Shown in pieces: positions 40,090-53,400 of a DNA stretch of 64,000 nucleotides (positions are counted from its first letter, which is position 1; every line of letters starts with the position of its first letter). The position numbers and the translations under genes were made by a program. This DNA comes from Octopus vulgaris (lineage: Eukaryota): contig OX597828.1 in assembly GCA_951406725.2 (NCBI GenBank), positions 13,764,001 through 13,828,000 of the forward strand, in the 5' to 3' direction. Under the pieces are notes generated by a model, which saw only the letters and a list, made by a program, of their open reading frames with translations, did not search any database and had not been told where the DNA came from.

Positions 40090-40781
40090 TATATATCGAT
40101 ATATTTATATCTTTCAATTTGTCTATACGTGTGTGTATGTATGTATATGTGTGTGTGTGTGTGTGTGTTTATGTGTGTGTGTGTGTGTGTATGTGTGTGT
40201 GTATGTATGTATGTATGTATGTATGTATGTATGTATGTATGTATGTATGTATGTATGTGTGTGTGTATGTAGGTATATATGTATGTATCTCGAAGTTGAT
40301 GGACATATAGCAGTACGTAAAACCGAGTCAGAATATCTCTAGTAAGACTTTTTTTATTGATGTGCCCGAAGAGACCCAGAACGGGGCGAAACATGTGTCG
40401 TACTAAATAAAATATTTTACACATTCCATCTATTTTATTAATACTGTTACCCCAACTGCCACTTCGAAGTTCCTGCAGTAAATCTATGAATAACAACAGG
40501 TAATCGAAACTGTGCCGGTGCTTTACTCATCATCTATTTAGACACTTTGTATAATTTCTCCATTATATATATATACATATATATATACATGTATGTATGT
40601 ATGTATGTATGTATGTATGTATGTATGTATGTATGTATGTATGTGTGTGTGTGTGTGTATGTTTGTATGTATGTATGTATGTATGTATGTATGTATGTAT
40701 GTATGTATGTATGTATGTATGTATGTATGTATGACCTGACTACGATTCCAAGCAGTGACCTGACTACTACTACTACTGCTG

Positions 40782-40919
<138 letters not shown>

Positions 40920-41711
40920 ATAATAATAATAATAACAAGATCGAAAAATACGTTAGGGATGAGAACCCAGGTTCGAAATTTCCCCAAGACACCGGAAGAA
41001 GGCTGGAAGGTATAACAGCCGAAACGTTGTGTTAACAAGAAGCAAGATGAGGACAAATATCCGTCGAATGTAAATAATGTAAATAATATATATAATTCCT
41101 CATCTCTTAAATATAGAACTGGAAGGAATTAGTTGGGTAGAACGTGGTCTTCGTTTGATCAAAAGAGAGGAAAAGAGTGTGGGGGCGGTGTTTGCGCGTG
41201 CACGTGTGTGTGTCTTTGTGCATGTGCTTGTTCCCACCACCACCACCACCAACGCCTGACAACCTGTGTCGGTTTGTTTATGTTCTCGTAATTAAAGTTC
41301 AGCCAGAGATCGATAGAATAAGCATTGGGATCAGTTCATTCGACAAAAGCCTTGAAGGCGTTGCCCCAGTGTGCCGCAGTCTAAGAACAGGAGGAAGACG
41401 TAATAAAAATAAAATAATAAAATAAAATAAACGAAAAGAAAAGAATAAAAGATAACAACATGTGTCTTTCGAAGTAAATGTCTTCAAGATCAACATGTCT
41501 TCTACACTGTTGTTAGACAGCCATTCTCTCTCTCCCCCTCCATCTCTCCCCCTCTCCCCCTCCCCCGTCACTTTCCTTCTTTATATATTCTTCTACTACT
41601 GCGTTGTCATACCGTTTCACACACGCCTTCAATGTCTGACTGGTATTCGATACATACATACATACACACGTATATACACACATACATACATACACACATA
41701 TATACACACAT

Positions 41712-41760
<49 letters not shown>

Positions 41761-43218
41761 ATATATATGCATGAATTGTTCCTCAGTACAATCTAATGAT
41801 TTGACAAATGAAACCATAGTAAAGTATATTCGCCAACTTTTTCAGTTTCAGTACATACACACATACGTACGTACGTACATACATACATACATACATACAT
41901 ACATACATACATACATACATACCATTTGTAATATGAACTCCTATCGGAATCTACATACCATGGACAAAAAGCACTTCTAGTCATTCTTATTTCTTTATTG
42001 CCCACAAGGGGCTAAACATAGAGGGGACAAACAAGGATAGACACAGGGATTAAATCGATTACATAGACCCCAGCGCGTAACTGGTACTTAATTTATCGAC
42101 CCCGAAAGGATGAAAGGCAAAGTCGACCTCGGCGGAATTTGAACTCAGAACGTAGCGGCAGACGAAATACCTATTTCTTTACTACCCACAAGGGGCTAAA
42201 CACAGAGGGGACAAACAAGGACAGACAAACGGATTAAGTCGATTACATCGACCCCAGTGCGTAACTGGTACTTAATTAATCGACCCCGAAAGGATGAAAG
42301 GCAAAGTCGACCTCAGCGGAATTTGAACTCAGAACGTAGCGGCAGACGAAATACCGCTAAGCATTTCGCCCGGCGCGCTAACGTTTCTGTCAGCTCGCCG
42401 CATTTCTACCAATTCTACACAGCACTTTCCTTGGATAATGGAACTGCAACTGTAACATCCTACATATATCTTTATTTTTATTCTCTTATTTCCCTTTATA
42501 CTTCCTGTATCCACCTTTTTCCAAAATAACTCCTTAAACTGAAGTCTACTATTTCCCTCTAGTTTACTCTCTCATATCAACTCTGATGAAGGGATATCCT
42601 TAATATCTCAGAAACAGCCGTAAGACTACCTTTCTCTTCACAAATCTCCTATAAATGCCACGCAGCCTTCGCTTTGTTATCTCATTTTATTTAACATATA
42701 TATATGAATGTATGTATTACATGTGAATGTCTGCGATTGTGGGCGTGTGTTTTGTATATATAAAAACATACATACATACATACATACGTACCTACATGCA
42801 ATCACGCATGCATACATCTGTGCATACATTCATGCACACGCGTAGATACACACATACAATGTATCTATGTACACACACAGACACACACACATTTACATAA
42901 GCGCTAGTTCGCAACCACGGTCCTTCGCTCATATAGCTCATGTATAAATGTAACCCATCCACCCACCCACACACATGCGCGGGCGCGTGCGCGCACACAC
43001 ACACACACGCTCTCACACACGTGCATAAAGACATATGCAGTCATACTGACACAAACACACACACACATACACACACACACTCTCTCCCTCACACACACAT
43101 ACACTCATGTGCGTGCAAGCACAAAGAAAATCGTTATGTTCTAGTTAGTTAATCGTTCCCCCCCTCTCTCTCTGTATACATACATGCATACATACACACA
43201 TATATACATACATACACA

Positions 43219-43261
<43 letters not shown>

Positions 43262-43270
43262 ATACATACA

Positions 43271-43342
<72 letters not shown>

Positions 43343-43813
43343 TATACATTTGGATGTATGTGCATATACAAACACTCACACACACATATGTACACGTGAC
43401 AGGGGTATGCTTGAGCGAACCTGCGAACACAGATAACAGAATAGCTGTGTAGGTGTATGATGATAGACTCAGTAAATATTATTATACATGTAACTACTGC
43501 ACAAACTGAACACAACACGTTCGTAGGCGATGGGTTAACTAACTAAATTCTATGTGGGTGTTAAGTTATGTGAACGTGGGCGATCGTAATGCATTTCGAT
43601 GGCACATGTTTATAACATATGTTTATAACACATCCCGATATTATTTTCTTCCAAGGAAGGTTATGCATAGGAGATTATCGATTAGGATAGGGCATATATT
43701 AAAGTAGTAATAATAACGACAGCAATATTCATAACTGTTCCTTTATTGGGCATATAGATTTGGATGCATATGTGCGTATGCGTTTGTGTGTATGTGTGTG
43801 TGTATATATATAT

Positions 43814-44018
43814 ACTCTTTTACTTGTTTCAGTAATTTGACTGTGGCCATACTGGAGCACCGCCTCTAGTCGAGCAAATCGACCCCAGGACTTATTCTTT
43901 GTAAGCCTAGTACTTATTCTATCGGTCTCTTTTGCCGAACTGCTAAGTTACGGGAACGTAAACACACTAGCATCGGTTGTCAAGCAATGTTGGGGGGAAA
44001 ACACAGACACACAAATAT

Positions 44019-44049
<31 letters not shown>

Positions 44050-44222
44050 CATATATACGACGGGCTTCTTTCAGTTTCCGTCTACCAAATCCACTCACAA
44101 GGCTCTGGTTGGCCCGAGGCTATATTTGAGGACACTTGCCCAAGGTGCCACGCAATGGGACTGAACCCGGAACCATGTGGTTCGTAAGCAAGCTACTTGC
44201 CACACAGCCACTCCTACGCCTA
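43814..44222 (-). mobile_element. SINE family A
   Basis: Full-length reverse copy; a diverged partial copy follows at ~44325-44540. Confidence 0.88.
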
Positions 44223-44286
44223 TACACAGATATATAAACATTTACATACATACATTCATGCATGCATACATACATACATACATACA

Positions 44287-44317
<31 letters not shown>

Positions 44318-44560
44318 CTTGTCTTTTACTTGTCTCTGTCGTTCGACTACGGCCATGCTGGGGCGGCGTATCGAAGGATATTTTAGTCGAATAAATCGAT
44401 CCCGGTATTTATTCTTTAAGCCTGGTACTTAATCTATTGGGCCTTCTTGCCGAGACGCTGTATGTCACGAGGACATCAACAAACCAACACCGGTTGTTAC
44501 GCGGTGGTGGGGGACAAACGCAAAGACACACATACACATTTACATATGCACACGCACGCA

Positions 44561-44616
<56 letters not shown>

Positions 44617-45501
44617 AAAGGCCGTACGGCTCTGAAATAGCTTTAGGACAAGACGTGTATAAGTAACGCGAAGAAAAATGATGTCCTATAGGACATGAGA
44701 AATTAAGTGAACAGATGAAAAGATAGACAGAAAGATAGAACAAAAAACTAGGGGGAAAAATGAACCTACTGTTGAAGGTAAAGGAGAAAGCAGAAGTCCT
44801 GGAGAAGCGTGACTGAATATGTCAGTGGCCAAGCCGAAAAAGGATGCTGAAAGGAGAAATGGGATTATCACATGATACCAGGGAGAGAGAAAACAGGTGG
44901 TGAAGGGCAGAGAAAGAGATTGAAGCTAGATAGATGAGATGGAAGCAAATTAAAGAGAGAAAGGGGTGGGGAAGATAGAAAGAAATGCGGAAGGAGAAAG
45001 AAAATATAGTAGACAGAAAGAAAGGGAATAAAGGAAGGGTGCAGAGAACAAGAGAGAAGGAAAAATAAAGTAACAAGGATAGACAGAGAAAACAACAGAG
45101 AGATAGACGGAAACGAAAACGGGAAAGTGTGAGAGGGGGAGGAGAGAGAGGAAGAGAAAGATATCGCACCAAATGTTACTAATTGAGTGGAGCGCCGATG
45201 AGCAAGAACAAGAAGGTTGGTTCTACTAAAGGCACAAGACCTGAAATTCACTGGTACTTAATTTATCGACTCCGAGAGAACGACAGGCAAAGTCGGCCCC
45301 GACGGAATTTGAATTCAGAACTTAAAGACCGACGAAATAGCGCCAAGCTTTTCGCTCGGCGTGCTAACGATTCTGTCAGTTCACCGTGAACGGAAGGATG
45401 GCAAAGAAACAAGCGGAAAATTCACACACAAACCATGGACATGCTCTTTCTTCGTCAGTTATCGTCCAAAAATCATTATAATTTTACGCCTTTAACGATA
45501 A

Positions 45502-46030
45502 CTAGCAGAAACACCCGTCGTTGACTGGGTTTAGAAAGAGTCTTCAAAAATTATACCCTGATTTATGAAAGTTACTACTTCGATATTATTGAATATTTTG
45601 TAGCGGAATATCCGCAAGCTCTTATTGCCACGTTTCGGCCCAAAAAGTTATAATATTTTACTAATGGGTCTGATGATAGTCAGTCTCTTCATCTCTCTCT
45701 TTTTCTATGCTGAGATTGTTTAGGTAGTCCAAATCTAATTTTTTTCGGAGGCATTGTAGTAGAGTGAATTAATCTATATGCAAGACAGGGGACTTAATTC
45801 ATATTAGCAAACTTAGGGATTTCACCAACGTGAAAATTGGTAAAAGTTATGGTTGAAAAGCTATTTTTACCTCTACCCGGGGTGCCGCGCGAAAAATAAG
45901 TTGACAAAAGCACAGCTATGATCGTGACCAATGTCCTCCTAAAATTGGAGCTATATGCGTGCTAATTTGTGGACGTACATAAAATACATTTACGTACACA
46001 CACACACATCCTGCTTTTTATAGATATAGA
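45502..46030 (-). mobile_element. Non-autonomous Helitron
   Basis: Minus strand A|TCTATATCTATAAAAAGC start, hairpin acccagtcaacgacgggt, CTAG|T end. Confidence 0.82.
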
Positions 46031-46101
46031 TATTATTCATTTTGGTGAGCAAGGGAGAAACATGACTGAACATACCAGAGCGTGTGTATGTGCGTGCGTG
46101 C

Positions 46102-46146
<45 letters not shown>

Positions 46147-46372
46147 CATTATATGTGTGTGTGTGTCTGTTTGTGTATTTGTCAGTGAGTGTATGATTAT
46201 TTATTTGAGTAAAACACTTTATCTCACGTTCTTCCAGTCCACAGAACAGGCAAAATGAGTTGGGCGTTTCAACGGTCCAACCTTGTTACATTCTGTATCA
46301 CGCTGAATCTCTTTGGGGACTACATTAAGAGCACGCTTGTCTCTGGAGTGCTCAGCCACTTGTACATTAATA

Positions 46373-46540
46373 AGGCGCAGGAGTGGCTGTGTGGAAAGTA
46401 GCTTGCTTATCAACCACATGGTTCCAGGTTCATTCCCACTGCGTGGCACCTTGGGCAAGTGTCTTCTACTATAGCCTCGGGCCGACCAAAGCCTTGTGAG
46501 TGGATTTGGTAGACGGAAACTGAAAGGAGCCCGTCGTATA

Positions 46541-46599
<59 letters not shown>

Positions 46600-46822
46600 G
46601 TGTGTGCATATGTGTGTGTGTCTGTGTTTGTCACCCTGACATCGCTTGACAACTGATGCTGGTGTGCTTACGTCCCCGTAACTTAGCGGTTCGGCAAAAG
46701 AGACCGATAGAATAAGTACTAGGCTTACAAAGAACAAGTCCTGGAGTCGATTTGCTCGACTAAAGGCAGTGCTCCAGCATGGCCGCAGTTAAATGACTGA
46801 AACACGTAAAAGAGAAAAAAGA
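46373..46822 (+). mobile_element. SINE family A nested in an older SINE tail
   Basis: Full-length copy interrupting a family C/D-type tail (46215-46372 and 46823-46882). Confidence 0.88.
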
Positions 46823-47333
46823 GGCTGTGTCGTTGATCGGATCAACAGGATCACTTGTCGTCTCGTAATCGACGGAGTGCTAGTTTTTCTTTTTTTCTAA
46901 ATATCAATTATTAAATGTAAGTTGTGAATGATTTCCAATTCATTATTAAAATGTTGATTTCAGTGAATAATTCAGTAAATAATTATTATTTGGGTGTTAG
47001 ACGGCCACAGTATCCACTGTTTTTCTACTTCAACGTATAGACATACAGCGAGTTCAGCTCAGAATAAATGAATAAATTTAGTGTCATGAAGACAAAATAA
47101 TTTCTGCCTTTGCTGAATATCATTATAGAGAAGTGCATTCGTGCGTATGTTTGTATGCTTGTACGTGTGCGCGGGTGGTTACGTATGGGCGAGTGGTGAT
47201 GAGTGTGAGTATGTATGTATGTGTGTGTGTGTTATATTTCGTGTTTATTTGCTCCTAATTACGGGGGAAATTTTAAGAGATATTTTAAGAGATATTTTTC
47301 TTTAATGTGAGTTAAGAAATAATCTAATAATGA

Positions 47334-47374
<41 letters not shown>

Positions 47375-47617
47375 TGCGTGTGTGTGTCTTTGCGTGTGAG
47401 TGAGTTTCTCTGCATGCTTGTAAATATATCTGTAAGTACAACTATGTAAAAATACAAATACGTGTTTCCTCCAGCTTGTATACATAACAGTATTTGACTT
47501 TGTTAATTTTACATGCGTAGGTAGGAATCAGCCGAGTTTTTTAATCCATGTGAGTGGGTGTGTATTTGCATGTATATATGTATGCATGTATGCATGTATA
47601 CGTATACATACACACAT

Positions 47618-47684
<67 letters not shown>

Positions 47685-47894
47685 CACACACATACATATC
47701 TATGTAAACAGAAAAGTAAAAGTAATTATATTCAATACGTCAAGCTGTGCTAAATACAATAACGTTAGATGTTCTACTGTTGTGCGGGTGCTTGTATGCA
47801 CACGCAGACACACGGACACACACGCACATACACATACACACACATACACACTCATACACAAACACACACATATATGTATGTATATATATATATA

Positions 47895-48505
47895 TATATA
47901 TTATCCGAAATGCATAGTATTAAATATTCATTGCGGCTGATCTTGCCAATCGGTTTCGCGTAAAGAATACAATGGAAGGATAGGTAACAATCCGATTACT
48001 TAACTTTACGCTCATCAGAGTTAGCCAATATGGAAGAGAATATGGCGACTGATCTCTATCATCGGAGGTGGATTAGCACAATCGGTCAGCGGTTGTTGTG
48101 AAAAAAGAATGTGAAACGAAAAAGGGCCTGTGTATTGGGCTAGTAGTTATGTCCCTTGGTTGGATATGCTATGAAACCGGGAAGAGTTTATTGAAGTGGT
48201 GAAGGGGTGTATTATTAATGTGGCGCTCCTGTGGGTTTGTGGGGTGTGATAGGCGTAGTGGTGTCATATGCATATTTTTTCCGGGGGTCTAAGTATATAT
48301 AACTGTGTTCGTTGGTCAGTCTACTTTCTGTAAAGGATACAGTCGTGGGTGTCTTTTTTATGCTAGCGTTGTGTGTGTAATCTGTAATGTGTGGTGGGGT
48401 CTGTCTATGTGTGTGGGGCCTGTGTATGTGTGGGGGTACAATTTGTGTGCAGGGGTATGTGTTGAGGGTGGTGGGAGAAATCTATTTTGTGGGGTGTCCG
48501 TCTTA

Positions 48506-48557
<52 letters not shown>

Positions 48558-49270
48558 TACATGGGTGCATTGGTGTGTGATTTGGTCAGACTCTTTCTGC
48601 CGGGCCCAAGGGCATTGGTGGAAGGTCGTTGGCGGAGGGTTGAGGCATGGAACCTGTGATTGCAGTCATGGTATGGTGAGCAAGTACGAGAGGATGTACT
48701 TCCTTTCATGCGGGCAATAATTAAACACCTCACTCCTGCTATTTAGGTGGACTTCCGGGCGTTGGGTACCCTTTAAAATTGCTCTCTTCTTAGCCAGGCA
48801 TAATCTGCCCTTCATGCTGCTAGTGAAGTACGATTTGCACTTTTCTAGGATCTTCAACTTTATGCTGTACTCCGTGGCGCTTTCTTTTAAAACCCAAACA
48901 TACTTTGCTAGAGTTGTGGCGTTACGTCTCTCTGGGATGTTGAAGGAGGACTTGCGGTTATTAAAGCGGGTTCTGTTAATCCCATATACTTCCGCTCGCT
49001 CGGTTGTCCATTGGGTCCTGTTGCTGTTACTTCTGCCTCGTAAACAACTGTCTCCGTACTGCAGTGGCCGTTCAGTGGACAAGCTGTGTTTCCCCTGCAT
49101 GATCATCCTGCTTCTGCCTCGGGTGTGAGCCTAATTATGTATTGTAGTTTTTACCTGAAACCATTTGTTAAGATCAGCCGTGATGAATATTCAATACTAT
49201 ACATTTCGGATAATATACCCACTCTGTTGACAGATCTACGAGTAGATCTTTTCTCAGAGTTATGGTCTCT
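47895..49270 (-). mobile_element. Penelope-like element 3' end: decayed GIY-YIG C-terminus plus pseudo-LTR
   Basis: ORF 48666-49106 RFNNRKSSF..TTLAKYVWVLK..RLCL..LNSRSE..CPH (Naiad-like C-terminal pattern, inferred). Hammerhead core at 47938-48022; ~47897-47973 is inverted at ~49140-49217. Confidence 0.8.
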
Positions 49271-49356
49271 TAGATAACTCACGCACTTGTATATATATAT
49301 ATACACACACATACACACACACACACACATATATATAAACAGACAGACAGACAGAC

Positions 49357-49435
<79 letters not shown>

Positions 49436-49507
49436 CAGACAGATAAATAGACAGACAGACAGGTATGTCGATATATAGATAGAATGACAGACAGACAGAT
49501 AGACAGG

Positions 49508-49543
<36 letters not shown>

Positions 49544-49636
49544 CAGAGGGGGAAATGGATATCTAGATAGATAAAAAGAGGAAGAGAGCGAAGCAGAGAT
49601 AAGTAGATAGATAGACAGACAGACAGGCAAGCAGGC

Positions 49637-49679
<43 letters not shown>

Positions 49680-49696
49680 TAGATAGATAGATAGAC

Positions 49697-49750
<54 letters not shown>

Positions 49751-50566
49751 GGAGAGGGAGAGGAAGAAGGACAGCGCGCGAAAGAAACGAGAGCTTAGCG
49801 TATCATAGACGTATTCGCTTTTGCGAACTTTCTTTTCCTACGGCAGGATTAAGGAATCTTTGGTGTTAATCTACAACCCCTAGATACATGATGCTATGCA
49901 ATGTACCTGGGCATTATAGGTTTAAGATATGGTCAATAAGAATATATAGATATGTATATTGGCAGTCAATCCCAGTAAGGCGACAAGTAACCAACAATAA
50001 AATAGACAACAAACAAGACTTGAATCGGTCGGGAGTAAGAAGAAGAAAAGAGAAATGTAATGAGATGTTACCTTGAAAACTATAAAGCAATCGATTTATA
50101 CCATGCTTAATGGCGTGTAAGACGCACAGACATATAAACTGCACCTAATTTCAGCAGCACACAGGTACTCCGTCGGTTGCGACGACGAGTGTTCCAGTCG
50201 ATACGATCAACGGAACAGCCTGCTCGTGAAGTTAACGTGCAAGTGGCTGAGCAGTCCACAAACACGCTTACCCTTAATGTATTTTTCAGGGAGATTCAGT
50301 GTGACACAAAATGTGATAAGGCCGGCCCTTTGAATTACAGACACAATTCATTTTTGCCAGCTGGGTGGACTGAAGCAACGTGAAATAAAGTGTCATGCGC
50401 AAGGACTCAACAGAAATCGAACTCATGGCCTCATGATCGTGTGCTGAATATCCAAACCACTAAAGACTCATATTCAGTGCATATTCAGTAAATAAAGTTT
50501 TTAGTGCGTTAAAGCTCGCGTATCAAAAAAATCAACTGAGGTGACTTTTTGAGACATGCATCCTAT

Positions 50567-50827
50567 ACTCTTTACTCTCTCTTTTACTCTTTTACTTGTT
50601 TCAGTCATTTGACTGTGGTCATGCTGGAGCACCGCCTTTAGTCGAGCAAATGGACCCCAGGACTTATTCTTTGTAAGCCTAGTACTTATTGTATCGATCG
50701 CTTTTGCCGAACCGCTAGATTACGGGGACGTAAGCACACCAGCATCGGTTGTCAAGCGATGTTGGGGGGACAAACACAGACACACAAACATGTACACATA
50801 CATACATACATACAAACATACATACAA

Positions 50828-50880
<53 letters not shown>

Positions 50881-50972
50881 ATAGCGAGAAGTTGAGGTTA
50901 TAAGAGATAATGATGTCATTGAGACCCAAAGGTGTCAGGTAATGCTGAATAAGTGATGTGTATGTGTGTGTG

Positions 50973-51004
<32 letters not shown>

Positions 51005-51005
51005 C

Positions 51006-51047
<42 letters not shown>

Positions 51048-53400
51048 TCAACAATTGAGGGTAAAATTAATTAATTATTAATCAATTTCACCAAGTGTTC
51101 AGTATGCAAAGGGACCATTTAAGGCGAATTCAAATTATTACATTATATAAAAGGGCTTAGTAAAATAAATTACTTTGCCGCATACTGAACTCATTAGAAA
51201 TAGCAGCTAAAAAACTTTTTTAAAGCTATTTCTAATACTTAAAGAAAATCTCTCTCATATATAGTGTTTGCTTAATTCAACTCACAAAAGTTTGGGGTAA
51301 GGACATTAAAAAATCAAATGCTAAGGTTATTTGAGAACGTACGTTTCAAGATTAGTCAAAACAACATTTCTATCTTCAGCTCAGAAACTCCTTGGTTTGG
51401 ATTTGGAAACACTGAAAGTAAGAACATACCCTTTCGAAGATCCGCTCGTAACTAACAGTGCCAACAAACCCAAATAAGCAAGTGAAGAATTTCTGTTCTC
51501 CCTTTCCACCAGCGTGGGTTAAAATCATCAAACGCTATGCTTATTTCGGTAAAATCCGAAGCATTAATTAGAGGGAGATTAATTATAATTTCAACAATTG
51601 AGGGTAAAATTAATTAATTATTAATCAATTTCACCAAGTGTTCAGTATGCAAAGGGACCATTTAAGGCGAATTCAAATTATTACATTATATAAAAGGGCT
51701 TAGTAAAATAAATTACTTTGCCGCATACTGAACTCATTAGAAATAGCAGCTAAAAAACTTTTTTAAAGCTATTTCTAATACTTAAAGAAAATCTCTCTCA
51801 CATATAGTGTTTGCTTAATTCAACTCACAAAAGTTTGGGGGTAAGGACATTAAAAAATCAAATGAGTTTCTGAGCTGAAGATAGAAATGTTGTTTTGACT
51901 AATCTTGAAACGTACGTTCTCAAATAACCTTAGCATTTGATTTTTTAATGTCCTTACCCCCAAACTTTTGTGAGTTGAATTAAGCAAACACTATATATGA
52001 GAGAGATTTTCTTTAAGTATTAGAAATAGCTTTAAAAAAGTTTTTTAGCTGCTATTTCTAATGAGTTCAGTATGCGGCAAAGTAATTTATTTTACTAAGC
52101 CCTTTTATATAATGTAATAATTTGAATTCGCCTTAAATGGTCCCTTTGCATACTGAACACTTGGTGAAATTGATTAATAATTAATTAATTTTACCCTCAA
52201 TTGTTGAAATTATAATTAATCTCCCTCTAATTAATGCTTCGGATTTTACCGAAATAAGCATAGCGTTTGATGATTTTAACCCACGCTGGTGGAAAGGGGA
52301 GAACAGAAATTCTTCACTTGCTTATTTGGGTTTGTTGGCACTGTTAGTTACGAGCGGATCTTCGAAAGGGTATGTTCTTACTTTCAGTGTTTCCAAATCC
52401 AAACCAAGGAGTTTCTGAGCTGAAGATAGAAATGTTGTTTTGACTAATCTTGAAACGTACGTTCTCAAATAACCTTAGCATTTGATTTTTTAATGTCCTT
52501 ACCCCCAAACTTTTGTGAGTTGAATTAAGCAAACACTATATGTGAGAGAGATTTTCTTTAAGTATTAGAAATAGCTTTAAAAAAGTTTTTTAGCTGCTAT
52601 TTCTAATGAGTTCAGTATGCGGCAAAGTAATTTATTTTACTAAGCCCTTTTATATAATGTAATAATTTGAATTCGCCTTAAATGGTCCCTTTGCATACTG
52701 AACACTTGGTGAAATTGATTAATAATTAATTAATTTTACCCTCAATTGTTGAAATTATAATTAATCTCCCTCTAATTAATGCTTCGGATTTTACCGAAAT
52801 AAGCATAGCGTTTGATGATTTTAACCCACGCTGGTGGAAAGGGGAGAACAGAAATTCTTCACTTGCTTATTTGGGTTTGTTGGCACTGTTAGTTACGAGC
52901 GGATCTTCGAAAGGGTATGTTCTTACTTTCAGTGTTTCCAAATCCAAACCAAGGAGTTTCTGAGCTGAAGATAGAAATGTTGTTTTGACTAATCTTGAAA
53001 CGTACGTTCTCAAATAACCTTAGCATTTGATTTTTTAATGTCCTTACCCCCAAACTTTTGTGAGTTGAATTAAGCAAACACTATATATGAGAGAGATTTT
53101 CTTTAAGTATTAGAAATAGCTTTAAAAAAGTTTTTTAGCTGCTATTTCTAATGAGTTCAGTATGCGGCAAAGTAATTTATTTTACTAAGCCCTTTTATAT
53201 AATTATATATATATACATATATATACATATATATACGACGGGCTTGTTTCAGTGTCCGACTACCAAATCCACTTACAAGGCTTTGGTCGGCCCGAAGCTA
53301 TAGTAGAAGATACTTGCCCAAGGTGCCACGCAGTGGGACTGAACCCGGAAACATGTGGTTCGTAAGCAAGCTACTTACCACACAGCCACTCCTATCGCCT
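50567..53400 (-). mobile_element. SINE family A split by the 545-bp array
   Basis: Tail half at 50567-50830 and head half at 53235-53400, in the same orientation; the insertion lies in the internal microsatellite. Confidence 0.8.
51047..53203. repeat. 545-bp unit tandem plus inverted array with hammerhead-like motif (retrozyme/PLE pLTR-like)
   Basis: ~1.5 units in one orientation (51047-51864), then ~2.5 units inverted (51864-53203). Identical ORFs at 52344 and 52889 give a period of 545. Confidence 0.9.

Noticed and set aside
50905-50950. ATGATG...CTGA as a C/D snoRNA
   Set aside because: It is only ~40 nt long and box C is imperfect.
52344-52532. Duplicated 62-aa ORF (also 52889-53077)
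   Set aside because: It has a non-ATG start, lies antisense to the structured strand, is frameshifted in another copy and has no recognisable motif.
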